From: Candidatus Colwellbacteria bacterium CG10_big_fil_rev_8_21_14_0_10_42_22
Lineage (GTDB): Bacteria; Patescibacteriota; Minisyncoccia; UBA6257; Colwellbacteraceae
Assembly: GCA_002773725.1 (NCBI GenBank)
Contig: PFAH01000005.1
Span: 17,456-81,455 of the forward strand
Length of the DNA: 64,000 nt
Direction: 5' to 3'
The position numbers were made by a program, and so were the translations under genes. Below the pieces are notes generated by a model. That model did not search any database and was not told where the DNA came from. It saw nothing but the letters and a program-made list of their open reading frames with translations. Of this stretch, positions 38,016 to 47,855 are shown piece after piece (position 1 is the first letter of the stretch; each line of letters starts with the position of its first letter).

Positions 38016-40841
38016 ATGTTTAATTCTAAAAAGAAAAAAGAGGACAAGATTGACCAAGAGCCTTTTGAGGTTTTAGTAGATAAACCCTTAGAAGATGGAG
38101 AAAAAGATAGATTTGGGCATAGAGAGATATCCAATAGTCTTTTGAAAATAATAAAAAAGTCACCACGCCCCTTTAACATAGGCGTTTACGGACAATGGGG
38201 TGTGGGGAAGAGTACGATATGTAAGCTTGTGCAGAATGAATTAGAGCAAGATGATGATTATAAAGTTATTTATTTTGATACTTGGAAATATGAGCGAGAT
38301 TCGTTTCGTAGGCAATTCTTAATTACATTAGATGAAGAATTGGAACTTGAGCTTCATTATAAAGAGAGACTAAATCAATCCCTTTCTGTCCCCGTTAATT
38401 TGAAGTGGCGCGAGAAATTAAAACTGGTCTTTGGTGATTTATTGTTTAAGTCTTTATCAATTCTTGTAATAATTGTATTAACTCTACTCATTTTTCGGCA
38501 ATCTATACTGCCCTTAATTATGTCGTCTGATTATCTTGAGCTTTCAGAACGGATAGTTGATTTTGGCGTTATCGGTGCTTTAATATCTTTCATTCTAAAT
38601 TCAATTAAACAGTTTACTACTACAAAGACGGTGCATAGAACTGATTCCGCTGAAGGATTCGAGGACCACTTCACTAAAATTTTAGATAAAGTCAAAACAA
38701 AAAACCTAGTGGTGATAATAGACAACCTCGATCGTTTATCAAGTAAAAATGCCGTAGGTCTTTTGGGGGATATTAAAACTTTCTTATCGAATGAGAAGTA
38801 TGGCTTGGATAAACATAAGGTAAGAAACAAAACTTTATTTATTGTTCCTTGCGACAATAAAGCTATCAATGATCAGCTTGTTAAGCAGTATGGGAAACGC
38901 TTCGATTCAGAGGAATATCTAAGAAAATTTTTTAATCACTCGATACAGATACCCAAGTTTCTTGATATTGAGTTGGACGACTTTATTGTTGAGAAGTTGA
39001 ATGACACAAAGATCGAAGTATTTGAGAATAACCTAGAACTCGCTTTTGTCTTGAATTATGCATTTCGAAATAATCCTCGGGAGATTATTCAGTTTGTAAA
39101 CTCTTTGATATCACTTTATCTATTAGCAAGAGAGAGGGGTATATCTCGAGTTATCGAGAAGGATAGAATTGCTTTTCTTGCAAAGGTTTTGGTAGTTAGG
39201 GTCAAATGGCCCAAACTTTATAGCGTTATTGAAGACAGAATATTAAGAACTTCAGATAAATTGGATGAAATAAGTTCACAACTCGATGATAGTTCGGAGA
39301 GTAAGGAACTCACGACATTTCTGGAGTCAACGCCTCACATAAATGATAAGGAATATGAAGACATCTACTTCTCATTGAGGCAAAGTCCCGCACAAAAAGC
39401 GATTCCAGAGTGGGGAAGTTTTGTGATCTCCCTACAGGATGGTCGAAGCAAGGATGTTGAAAGAATATACCTCGATACTAAGCCAGAGAAATTAATAGAA
39501 TTGAGTAAACTCCTTGGTTATTACTGCAGACGTAATAAGAGAAACGAGAACTTACTATTTAATATATTCTTAACATTTCACCCAATAGTAAAAACTGAGG
39601 ATTTGAAGTACTTTCAAAACGTTTTTCTTTTGGCATTTCAAGAAATAAATATTCAAAAATTTGCTGATTCTATAGATAACCTCAAATATTCTTCTATATT
39701 TGCGGATGGCCTCAAGGATATATCTCCATCAAATAAAAAAGAATTCAGTAGACACTTGGTTTCTTTGATAGAGCGACTAACTGCCATAGATAATATAGAG
39801 CGAGAAAAGGTAAGTTCTATAAAAGAAGCTTTCGAGATAGCAAGCAGTGATAAAAATAAAGATAACTTTAGTTTTCTGTTGAGTAAATTATCTCAAGCAA
39901 AAAAACAGTTTTTTAAACAATTGAAGTATCAGGAATTATTTCCAGAGGTAGAAAAAGCCGAAAAATTTCGTAAGGATATATTAGACGATATTCTAGATAT
40001 CCTAACTTCTCTGGGTCCGATAAGTAGCATACATTATGCGGTTGGCCTCGATCTTTTTGGTAATCTATTGCAATGGGCTCCAATTACTGAAGATGATGAA
40101 ATAAGATTTAGCACTCTTGAGAGAAGTTTAGATTTTCTATCAAAATCTACACCACCAAGACCAGCAGACGACACACTGGGCCAGACACTAAGTACATTTA
40201 CTACGCGTATATCTACTTGGTATCAAGCCAATAAAACAACCGAAGAACGTGCTTTGTGTATAAAGATTTTTCAGAAAATTGATCTAGATATTAATCCGAA
40301 CAAAGAACCAAAATCCTCTATACGGGCATACATCTCAGACATTAATAATAAACCAAATGTAATTATTGATGTTTTAGGTAAAGATTTTTTAACCAAAGAC
40401 GGCATTGGTCGGGACGCTTTGATAAATAGAAGTGGAAATTCTTTAGACTTGCTCAATGAGTTGCCTATGAAAACAAGATTAACGAAGGGTGAAAAATCTA
40501 CTATTTTTAATAGTCTTCTAGGAAAAGAGGAAGAGGCACTTTCATTCCTTGAATATGTTAATTATAGTATCCCATCTGAAAACAATGGGAATCAGAACTT
40601 TTTAAAAAACATTGTCCTGAGAATGATAAATGCGAGTAGTTTTTCCGATACGGGGCTCTTGAGAAGATGGCTGGACGCTATTGGCAAATTGGGTGTTCAA
40701 TCGGACCAGGTTGATCCTTTTGTCCAAAAATTGAGACAGACACGTACTTTATCAGATGAACATAAACAAGTCGTTTTAGATTTTGTCAGTAAGAACTCTA
40801 GAGAGTTCGGCGACTTGGTAGTAAAAGAGTTTCAAGAATAA
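38016..40841 (+). CDS. KAP-family P-loop NTPase with TM insert and long helical C-terminus
   Basis: D.FG, IGVYGQWGVGKS, FDTWKY, two TM helices, VVIIDNLDR, YL.KFF, NPRE. Confidence 0.87.
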   Translation: MFNSKKKKEDKIDQEPFEVLVDKPLEDGEKDRFGHREISNSLLKIIKKSPRPFNIGVYGQWGVGKSTICKLVQNELEQDDDYKVIYFDTWKYERDSFRRQFLITLDEELELELHYKERLNQSLSVPVNLKWREKLKLVFGDLLFKSLSILVIIVLTLLIFRQSILPLIMSSDYLELSERIVDFGVIGALISFILNSIKQFTTTKTVHRTDSAEGFEDHFTKILDKVKTKNLVVIIDNLDRLSSKNAVGLLGDIKTFLSNEKYGLDKHKVRNKTLFIVPCDNKAINDQLVKQYGKRFDSEEYLRKFFNHSIQIPKFLDIELDDFIVEKLNDTKIEVFENNLELAFVLNYAFRNNPREIIQFVNSLISLYLLARERGISRVIEKDRIAFLAKVLVVRVKWPKLYSVIEDRILRTSDKLDEISSQLDDSSESKELTTFLESTPHINDKEYEDIYFSLRQSPAQKAIPEWGSFVISLQDGRSKDVERIYLDTKPEKLIELSKLLGYYCRRNKRNENLLFNIFLTFHPIVKTEDLKYFQNVFLLAFQEINIQKFADSIDNLKYSSIFADGLKDISPSNKKEFSRHLVSLIERLTAIDNIEREKVSSIKEAFEIASSDKNKDNFSFLLSKLSQAKKQFFKQLKYQELFPEVEKAEKFRKDILDDILDILTSLGPISSIHYAVGLDLFGNLLQWAPITEDDEIRFSTLERSLDFLSKSTPPRPADDTLGQTLSTFTTRISTWYQANKTTEERALCIKIFQKIDLDINPNKEPKSSIRAYISDINNKPNVIIDVLGKDFLTKDGIGRDALINRSGNSLDLLNELPMKTRLTKGEKSTIFNSLLGKEEEALSFLEYVNYSIPSENNGNQNFLKNIVLRMINASSFSDTGLLRRWLDAIGKLGVQSDQVDPFVQKLRQTRTLSDEHKQVVLDFVSKNSREFGDLVVKEFQE

Positions 40842-40847
40842 TGTTTG

Positions 40848-41951
40848 ATGAACTATCTAAAATCAAAGGGGTACTATTCTGACCTTTACGACCAAACGAC
40901 AGTAGAAAGATGTCGTTGGATAGAGAATTTCCACAAAGAATATAAAGCACCGAAGGCGGTAACTAAGGACGCATCCAAAGATGATTTAGAAAAGATTACC
41001 CGCATTACCCTCTATTACGACCTCCTCTTCACTACCGGTGAACGATATCTGAATAAAGAGAAAACAATCCAAGAATGGATTGAGCGAGACACAGCGAAAG
41101 ACGAACTATACAACTCCGCCGAGGCACCCGAGGGCATAAGATGTTTGACTTGTAGCAGTTCGATGACTGCAACATTTAAGGACCTACACAGCCCGGGGCT
41201 TGATGACGCTAAAGACAGGGTTTTTTTCATGTATGACTGTCCGAATAAATGTCTTCCGCGAAGGGCATTCTTTGATGACGGCGAGGAGTGGAAACCTAAA
41301 CCGCATCTTTGTCCTAAATGTGGAAGTGAATTGAAGTCTGATGACGAGCGCAAAGGAAACAAGATTATAACCACGGAGACTTGCGTATCGTGTAGCTATA
41401 AGAAGACAGACGAACTAGATCTGTCTCCCAAGAAAGAGAAAGTAGATAAGGATTTTGAAAAAGACAAAGCCCGTTTCTGCCTTACCGAAGAGAAAGGACA
41501 AGAATATATAAAGACTAAGGGGCAGCTCGAGGGAATGAAGCAGTTAGTAGATGAACTAAAAGAGCGAGATGAGAACAAGGACCTATATGATAAAGTTGCG
41601 AAACTCAAGAAGCTCACAATAGTTCAGTTGCAGAAAACCCTCGCCCCCGTTTTAGAAAAAAAAGGATACATAGACCTCTCTTTTGAGACACCCGAGATGG
41701 AACACGACGTTCGAGTAGCTTTTACCGTAAAAGACGGCAAGGACGGTAGAGAAGAGTACGACAGCCGTATGCAGCTCAAAAAGTCCATTGAGGGGGCTCT
41801 CAGGAGCACTAACTGGCATTTAATGAGCGATGGAGTCACTTATAGGCTAGGTATCCTTATGGGACGGTTAAGAGGCTACGAAAGAGAAGAAGACCTACTA
41901 AAGCTTGTTGAGCGACAGTCGACGGCATCAAAGGTGTCAATAAACCCTTAA
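40848..41951 (+). CDS. hypothetical protein with CxxC zinc-ribbon motifs
   Basis: CLTC, C..C, CPKC, CVSC; last gene of the element. Confidence 0.75.
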   Translation: MNYLKSKGYYSDLYDQTTVERCRWIENFHKEYKAPKAVTKDASKDDLEKITRITLYYDLLFTTGERYLNKEKTIQEWIERDTAKDELYNSAEAPEGIRCLTCSSSMTATFKDLHSPGLDDAKDRVFFMYDCPNKCLPRRAFFDDGEEWKPKPHLCPKCGSELKSDDERKGNKIITTETCVSCSYKKTDELDLSPKKEKVDKDFEKDKARFCLTEEKGQEYIKTKGQLEGMKQLVDELKERDENKDLYDKVAKLKKLTIVQLQKTLAPVLEKKGYIDLSFETPEMEHDVRVAFTVKDGKDGREEYDSRMQLKKSIEGALRSTNWHLMSDGVTYRLGILMGRLRGYEREEDLLKLVERQSTASKVSINP

Positions 41952-42099
41952 AATGGAACATTCTCGAAAACCACGTTTTCATGTTCCGTTTGTTCCATTT
42001 GACCCCCGACCCACGAGCCTAAATTCGCTTCTGGAAACAGCCCCAAGAAACCCTTATACTGCCTCATAAGACTTGGTACCAGACCCGAGTCGCCCGCCA

Positions 42100-42173
42100 G
42101 GGCCCATGGTTCAATGGTAGAACACTGGTTTTGCATACCAGAGATCGGAGTTCGATTCTCCGTGGGTCCACCA
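42100..42173 (+). tRNA. tRNA-Ala(TGC)
   Basis: GGGCCCA/TGGGTCC with G3:U70; CTGGT TT TGC AT ACCAG; encoded CCA. Confidence 0.93.
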
Positions 42174-42270
42174 AGTAGTGAAAATTCCATTGATTTAATT
42201 CTTGGGCTTTCAGCCCTATGGAATTTCTACTACCTGGTCCACCACTCATTTAAGGTATAATAAACTGAAG

Positions 42271-42987
42271 ATGAGACTATCAATTGTAATACCAGCCCAC
42301 AACGAAGAACAATACATTGGTGAATGTCTAGACAACATATGCCAAAACACAATTGGCGACCCACGTCTGTTGGAGATAATAGTCGTTGACAACGCTTCCA
42401 CGGACAAGACGGTTGAAGTTGCTTCTAGGCGTCCAGGTGTTTCCGTAATTAGAGAAGACAAAAAGGGCGTTAACTATGCTCGTGAGAAAGGGAGGGTATT
42501 AGCTCGAGGGGACCTTGTGGCCTTCATAGATGCAGATACTATCATTAGCCCCACTTGGTTGGACGTAGTTTATGATTCTTTTACGAAAGATAAAGAAATG
42601 GTGTCGCTAAGCGGTCCGACTAACCTTAACAACACGTCTGCTATTGAAGACCTAGCGGTTGAAACCTATTGGTCTATGGCGGTTCCTGCATATAGGGCTA
42701 TTGGATATATGGCGGTAGGAGGAAATCTTATAGTTAAAAAAGAAGCGTTAGAAAAAATAGGTGGTTTTAATACAAACATCGCTTTTTATGGAGACGACGC
42801 AGATCTTGCCAGACGTTTAAGTAAGATCGGCAAAGTTGTTTTCGACAAAAAATTAGCAGTCCACACGTCAGATAGGAGATTGAGACAAGAGGGGGTTACA
42901 AAAACACTTACCAACTATATCGCCAACTATATATCGGTGGCAGTGCTGAAGAAGCCCATTACTAAGCGCTACAACGATATAAGGTAG
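42271..42987 (+). CDS. glycosyltransferase family 2
   Basis: SIVIPAHNEE, IIVVDNASTD.T, FIDAD, GGF...FYGDD. Confidence 0.92.
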   Translation: MRLSIVIPAHNEEQYIGECLDNICQNTIGDPRLLEIIVVDNASTDKTVEVASRRPGVSVIREDKKGVNYAREKGRVLARGDLVAFIDADTIISPTWLDVVYDSFTKDKEMVSLSGPTNLNNTSAIEDLAVETYWSMAVPAYRAIGYMAVGGNLIVKKEALEKIGGFNTNIAFYGDDADLARRLSKIGKVVFDKKLAVHTSDRRLRQEGVTKTLTNYIANYISVAVLKKPITKRYNDIR

Positions 42988-42993
42988 TGCAAG

Positions 42994-45540
42994 ATGCCTT
43001 TATTAAATAGAGAAGATCTTAAAATAGACCGCCCCTTTTGGGCTATAGAGCCGAGTGAAGTAACGGCTATTTTAGATACACCCAATAAGGGGTTAAGCGT
43101 AGAAGAGGCCGAAAGACGATTGAAGTGGGGCGAAAACAGAATTCAAAAAGCCAAACGAGCAGGCAAACTTAAAATCTTATTAAGCCAACTTTTGAGTCCT
43201 CTGATTATAATCTTGTTAACGGCATCACTGATTACCATTTTCCTGAAGGACTATAAAGATACAATCTTTATTCTAGTCGCGGTTTTGGTAAACACCCTCC
43301 TCGGATTTTATCAAGAGAACAAAGCCGAGTCGGCTTTAGCTAAATTAGAATCATACATCAGAGAAATCAGCCGAGTGATTAGGGGTGGGAGAGATATGGA
43401 AATATCCGCCGAAGAAATCGTGCCCGGCGACATTTTAAAGCTCACTCCCGGCACACGCATATCAGCAGACGCCAGAATTATTAGGGCCAACAGCATTTCA
43501 ACAGACGAAGCTATTTTGACGGGCGAATCCTTGTCCGTTGAGAAGTCTGCCAGAATAGTCGAAACAGAAACAGAACTAGCTGATAGAACTTCTATGGTTT
43601 ATGGAGGGACTCTTGTTGTGGGTGGATCGGGTTTAGCGGTTGTAACAGCAACTGGGGCACAAACAGAGCTTGGTAAAATCGCTGAGTTAGTGAGAGATGA
43701 ACCTCACGAAAAAACACCTCTTCAAAAAGCAATTAATAAATTTTCCATTAACCTAAGCATTATCTTGGGCATTTTCATAGTTCTACTTTTTACATTTGGC
43801 ATTTATGCGGGTATAGACGTTCTAGATATGTTTTTAACATCAGTAGCAGTGGCGGTCTCCGTTGTACCCGAAGGGTTGCCAATTGCCCTGACTGTTATAT
43901 TGGCAGTTGGTGTAGAACGGTTAGCTAAGAAAAGGGGTGTTGTTAGAAAGCTTCTTGCCGCCGAAACTTTGGGTAGCACGACTATCATCTTAACGGATAA
44001 AACGGGCACCCTAACAGAAGCCAAGATGGACTTAGTGGATATTATCAGCGATAAACCTGAGAAAATTGTTTTAGAACTAGCAATCTTGAATACGGATGTA
44101 ATTATTGGTAATCCAATCGGCGCTCCTAAAAACTGGCAGTTAAGTGGACATCCAATACATGTGGCTATTATTAAATCCGCCATTGAAAAGGGCTTGATGC
44201 CAGCAGATGTTTTCAAGCGCAACGAAATTTTAGAAACCACACCCTTTAACTCAAAAGACAAGTTTGCAGCTGTTCATGCAAAGCTGGACAACAGAAGTCG
44301 CTGGGTATATTTAGGAGCTCCCGACTATCTACTTGAGCAATCTAATGCCCCTACTTCATTCAAAGAAGAAATGTCAAACAATATAAACGAACTTGCTTTT
44401 TCTGGACACAGAATTTTAGGCGTTTCGGTTGATAACAATTTTACCGCCCTCTTGGTCTTTAAAGACCCCGTTCGTCCATCTGTGAAAGAAGCCATATCGG
44501 AAGTTAAGGATTATGGTGTTCGCACTGTAATCGTGACAGGCGACCACTTGGGCACTGCTATCTCTGTTGCTAATGAACTTGGGCTAAATGTAAGAGAAGG
44601 CGAGGCAATTGTGGGAAAGGAATTGAAGCTTATGACAGATGAAGAGCTTGAATTAGCTAAAGATAAAATTAAGGTCTATGCCAGAGTGACCCCCTCTGAC
44701 AAATTAAGGATTACAGAGATGTATAAAAAAATGGGCGAGGTGGTGGCCGTGACTGGAGACGGTATTAACGACGCACCCGCCCTAAAGGGCGCCAATATAG
44801 GAATAGCCGTTGGCTCTGGGAGTGATGTGGCCAAAGGAGCATCGGATCTTATTCTCTTAGATGACAACTTTGAAACCATTGTAGAGGCGGTAAAAGAGGG
44901 GAGACGCATATTAGAAAATATTAAAAAGGTAATTGTTTATCTATTATCCGGTATTTTAGATGAATTAATTCTAATTGGTGGAGCTCTTTTGGTGGGGGTG
45001 GCTCTTCCTCTTAACGCTCTTCAAATTTTATGGGTTAATTTTTTTGCAGATAGTTTCCCGGCTGTTGCCCTAGCTTTTGAGAAAGGCAGTGGCGGATCGA
45101 AAAGAAAATCAACCCTTATTAGAGGCAAGCTTTTAGATGATGAAATGAAGTTTTTAATTTGGGTTATTGGTGTCGCCACCAGCGTGATGCTTTTATTTAT
45201 CTACTTTTATCTCCTAGCCCAAGGATACAATCCTCAAATGGCTAGAACCTTTATTTTCGCCAGCTTCTCCGTCTATACTCTTTTTCTAATTTTTTCAATT
45301 AAATCATTGAGCGACAGTATCTTTACATATAATCCGTTTTCGAACATGTATTTAGTTTTAGGAACTTCGATTGGGTTTCTATTAACAGCTTTGGCGATCT
45401 ATGTGCCCTTACTACAAGACGTATTAGACACTGTTTCTTTGCCCGTTAATTGGCTTTTGGGTGTATTGGCGGTGGGCGTGGTAAATATTGTGGCTATAGA
45501 GTTTGGCAAGTTTCTATTCCGCATTCGGGATAGAGTTTGA
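42994..45540 (+). CDS. P-type (type II-like) cation-transporting ATPase
   Basis: LTGES, VPEGLP, DKTGTLT, TGD, GDG.NDAPAL. Confidence 0.95.
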   Translation: MPLLNREDLKIDRPFWAIEPSEVTAILDTPNKGLSVEEAERRLKWGENRIQKAKRAGKLKILLSQLLSPLIIILLTASLITIFLKDYKDTIFILVAVLVNTLLGFYQENKAESALAKLESYIREISRVIRGGRDMEISAEEIVPGDILKLTPGTRISADARIIRANSISTDEAILTGESLSVEKSARIVETETELADRTSMVYGGTLVVGGSGLAVVTATGAQTELGKIAELVRDEPHEKTPLQKAINKFSINLSIILGIFIVLLFTFGIYAGIDVLDMFLTSVAVAVSVVPEGLPIALTVILAVGVERLAKKRGVVRKLLAAETLGSTTIILTDKTGTLTEAKMDLVDIISDKPEKIVLELAILNTDVIIGNPIGAPKNWQLSGHPIHVAIIKSAIEKGLMPADVFKRNEILETTPFNSKDKFAAVHAKLDNRSRWVYLGAPDYLLEQSNAPTSFKEEMSNNINELAFSGHRILGVSVDNNFTALLVFKDPVRPSVKEAISEVKDYGVRTVIVTGDHLGTAISVANELGLNVREGEAIVGKELKLMTDEELELAKDKIKVYARVTPSDKLRITEMYKKMGEVVAVTGDGINDAPALKGANIGIAVGSGSDVAKGASDLILLDDNFETIVEAVKEGRRILENIKKVIVYLLSGILDELILIGGALLVGVALPLNALQILWVNFFADSFPAVALAFEKGSGGSKRKSTLIRGKLLDDEMKFLIWVIGVATSVMLLFIYFYLLAQGYNPQMARTFIFASFSVYTLFLIFSIKSLSDSIFTYNPFSNMYLVLGTSIGFLLTALAIYVPLLQDVLDTVSLPVNWLLGVLAVGVVNIVAIEFGKFLFRIRDRV

Positions 45541-45557
45541 TATAATCTAAGAGATTT

Positions 45558-47855
45558 ATGAAATCTAAAAAAGGATTTACTTTAATGGAGCTTTTGATCT
45601 ACGTTTCCATGCTAGCTATAGTTGGGGGACTTCTGACGAGCATCCTTTACAACTCTATCAAAGTGACGAGTCGTGAAAACGCAAGCGCTGAGGTCTCACA
45701 GCAGTTAAGCTTGACCCTTAGCACTATTCAAAAGCTGGTTGGTGATTCGAGTTTAATAGAGGCAGCGTATGAAACACCAGGAGACCTTGATCCGACTAAT
45801 GATACAGCCGAACAGCGCCAAGCGGCATGTAGTGATTTTTGCACCTTAATGTTGCGGTTTGAGGACGATACGGTTGACCCTACGTGGATTGTTTCAGATG
45901 GAAACGAAATACGTCTTGTGAGAGGAGACGATAGCGAGACAGATGGTTCAGTAGACGGCGAAACTACTACCCAAATAACAACAGATAAAGTAATCGTAGA
46001 TTACCTTAGGTTTGCAAGATATGAGTTTGCGGGAGGTCATACGTCAGCCAAAGTAGATATATCCCTAACATACAATACAGATAACGAGAACTTTAATGTG
46101 ACAAGGACACTTACTTCTGCTATTGGCAGAGTGACAGCCGCAACGTTCGACGACAACTTATTACCAAACACACCCGACTCTTTTGATATAGGAGCGTCTA
46201 ATTATGAATGGCAAGATGGTCTTTTTGCTGGGAATATGTACGTGGGGGGCAATCTAAGCGTCGGCACAACGACGGCCGTTTATCCAATTCATATCGTTGC
46301 CTCATCAACGAATATAGTCGTCGATGCCGATGGAGAAGTGGGTATTGGCACAATTACTCCTGCATATACTCTAGATTTAATTACAGATACTGGTTCTAAA
46401 TCAAACGAGCCAGTTATTAACCTTTCTAGACACACAGACGAAGCCACGGACAACGGCGTCATTTCTTTTACAAAAACAAGAGGAACCAACAGCTCTCCAA
46501 GCGCTTTGGCAGCCGAAGACGAAATAGGGGTTATCGCTGTCCGAGGATGGACTTCTGACCAATATAGATTGAGCGCAGCCATTAAATTTGTAGCTGATGC
46601 CGAATGGGGTACTGCAAGTGATAGCACAGATATGCCACAGCGAACGGAATTTTATACAACACCCGACGGCTCAGCTACTCAGGCCTTGAGAATGATTCTT
46701 TTGAGCAATGGCAATGTTGGTATTGGAACATCAACTCCTGCGGGGGCTCTACACATAGATACTCGTGGGGTAGATACGGCCGATGAAGAGGGTATTCGTG
46801 TAGATACGGGTATTAACGAGAGTCAATATGTAGGTAGTGCAAACAACAATTTGGTGCATCATCTTTGGTCAGATGCTGATGGTGACGGGGTTTATAGTAT
46901 ACGCGCCAGTGATGGAGATACTAACGTGCGACTTTATGCACAAGATGATGGGACATCATACTTTGGCGTCAGCGGAGGAGCAGTAGCGATTGGCAAAACC
47001 AGCACGGATAACGGTGTAACTGCGGGCCTCGAGTTCAACGCTACGGGATTGAGTTATATCACTACTGATGCCGCACTTCCCTTAAACATTAATAGATTAA
47101 CAAACGATGGTTGGTTCATCAATTTCAAAAGAGATGGAAGTAATGTCGGAAACATTACAGTTTCGGGTGGCACAGTTACTCTTACGGCATTTACGGGATC
47201 TCATTATGCGACTATTCATGGTTTAGGTATCGAACGTGGATTGTTAGTAGATATGGACGGGGGAAATAAATACCTATATAACAATCCAGGTCTCGAGATA
47301 GCTTATGGGGTTTCTCTGTCTAACACAGAGAATAGTAATAAGATATTAGGTGTCTATCTTTCTGAAGATAAAGAGATGGAGGCGGACGACCCCCATAACG
47401 ACAATCTTCATCTAATAGCGGCCGTTGGGAATATGGATCTTTGGGTGGCTGATGATGGGGAAGATATAGGAATTGGGGATTTGCTTGTATCTTCCGACCT
47501 AATCGCCGGTCATGCCATGAAAGACCCCCGTGCAGACGGGGAGTCATATATTGTTGCTCGGGCAGGAGAAAACATTAACTGGTCTAATGTAACAGAATCC
47601 GTGAATGGCATTAAGCACAAGAAAATCAGCGTTCTTATCGACCCTTTCGTTAGAAATAATACTGATGTTCAAATAGAAGCACTGGTTAATAAAATAGAAG
47701 AGTTGACGGGACAGGATATAGATTTGGATGAATTAATGAGAGAGCAGGAGAAAGATGAAAAGACCTCTTCAACCCAAGCCATTTTAGGAGCTGGATTACT
47801 TGGCGGACTTTTAGGAGGAGCCGTTATCCTGCTTTTGCTAGAACGAAAACACTAA
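45558..47855 (+). CDS. type IV pilin-like N-terminus fused to a tail-fibre-like beta-rich body with a C-terminal TM
   Basis: KKGFTLMELL class III signal; GEVGIGT/GNVGIGT repeats; FTGSH...IGDLLVSS..GHAMK; hydrophobic C-terminus. Confidence 0.75.
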   Translation: MKSKKGFTLMELLIYVSMLAIVGGLLTSILYNSIKVTSRENASAEVSQQLSLTLSTIQKLVGDSSLIEAAYETPGDLDPTNDTAEQRQAACSDFCTLMLRFEDDTVDPTWIVSDGNEIRLVRGDDSETDGSVDGETTTQITTDKVIVDYLRFARYEFAGGHTSAKVDISLTYNTDNENFNVTRTLTSAIGRVTAATFDDNLLPNTPDSFDIGASNYEWQDGLFAGNMYVGGNLSVGTTTAVYPIHIVASSTNIVVDADGEVGIGTITPAYTLDLITDTGSKSNEPVINLSRHTDEATDNGVISFTKTRGTNSSPSALAAEDEIGVIAVRGWTSDQYRLSAAIKFVADAEWGTASDSTDMPQRTEFYTTPDGSATQALRMILLSNGNVGIGTSTPAGALHIDTRGVDTADEEGIRVDTGINESQYVGSANNNLVHHLWSDADGDGVYSIRASDGDTNVRLYAQDDGTSYFGVSGGAVAIGKTSTDNGVTAGLEFNATGLSYITTDAALPLNINRLTNDGWFINFKRDGSNVGNITVSGGTVTLTAFTGSHYATIHGLGIERGLLVDMDGGNKYLYNNPGLEIAYGVSLSNTENSNKILGVYLSEDKEMEADDPHNDNLHLIAAVGNMDLWVADDGEDIGIGDLLVSSDLIAGHAMKDPRADGESYIVARAGENINWSNVTESVNGIKHKKISVLIDPFVRNNTDVQIEALVNKIEELTGQDIDLDELMREQEKDEKTSSTQAILGAGLLGGLLGGAVILLLLERKH

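Larger units (their letters stand above)
24098..42089. mobile_element. about 18 kb integrative element (serine recombinase, terminase, defence cargo) between tRNA-Ser and tRNA-Ala
   Basis: Gene content; GACCCGAG direct repeat at 24098-24105 and 42082-42089; exact ends are putative. Confidence 0.75.

Noticed and set aside
41950-42099. Duplication of the tRNA-Ser(TGA) 3' end as attR
   Set aside because: No CCCTCCCCCTCCG copy at the right boundary; only the 8-bp spacer repeat was found
41948-42270. ORFs 41948-42190(-), 42064-42249(-) and the 42202 extension of the GT2 gene
   Set aside because: Antisense to or overlapping tRNA-Ala and its downstream hairpin
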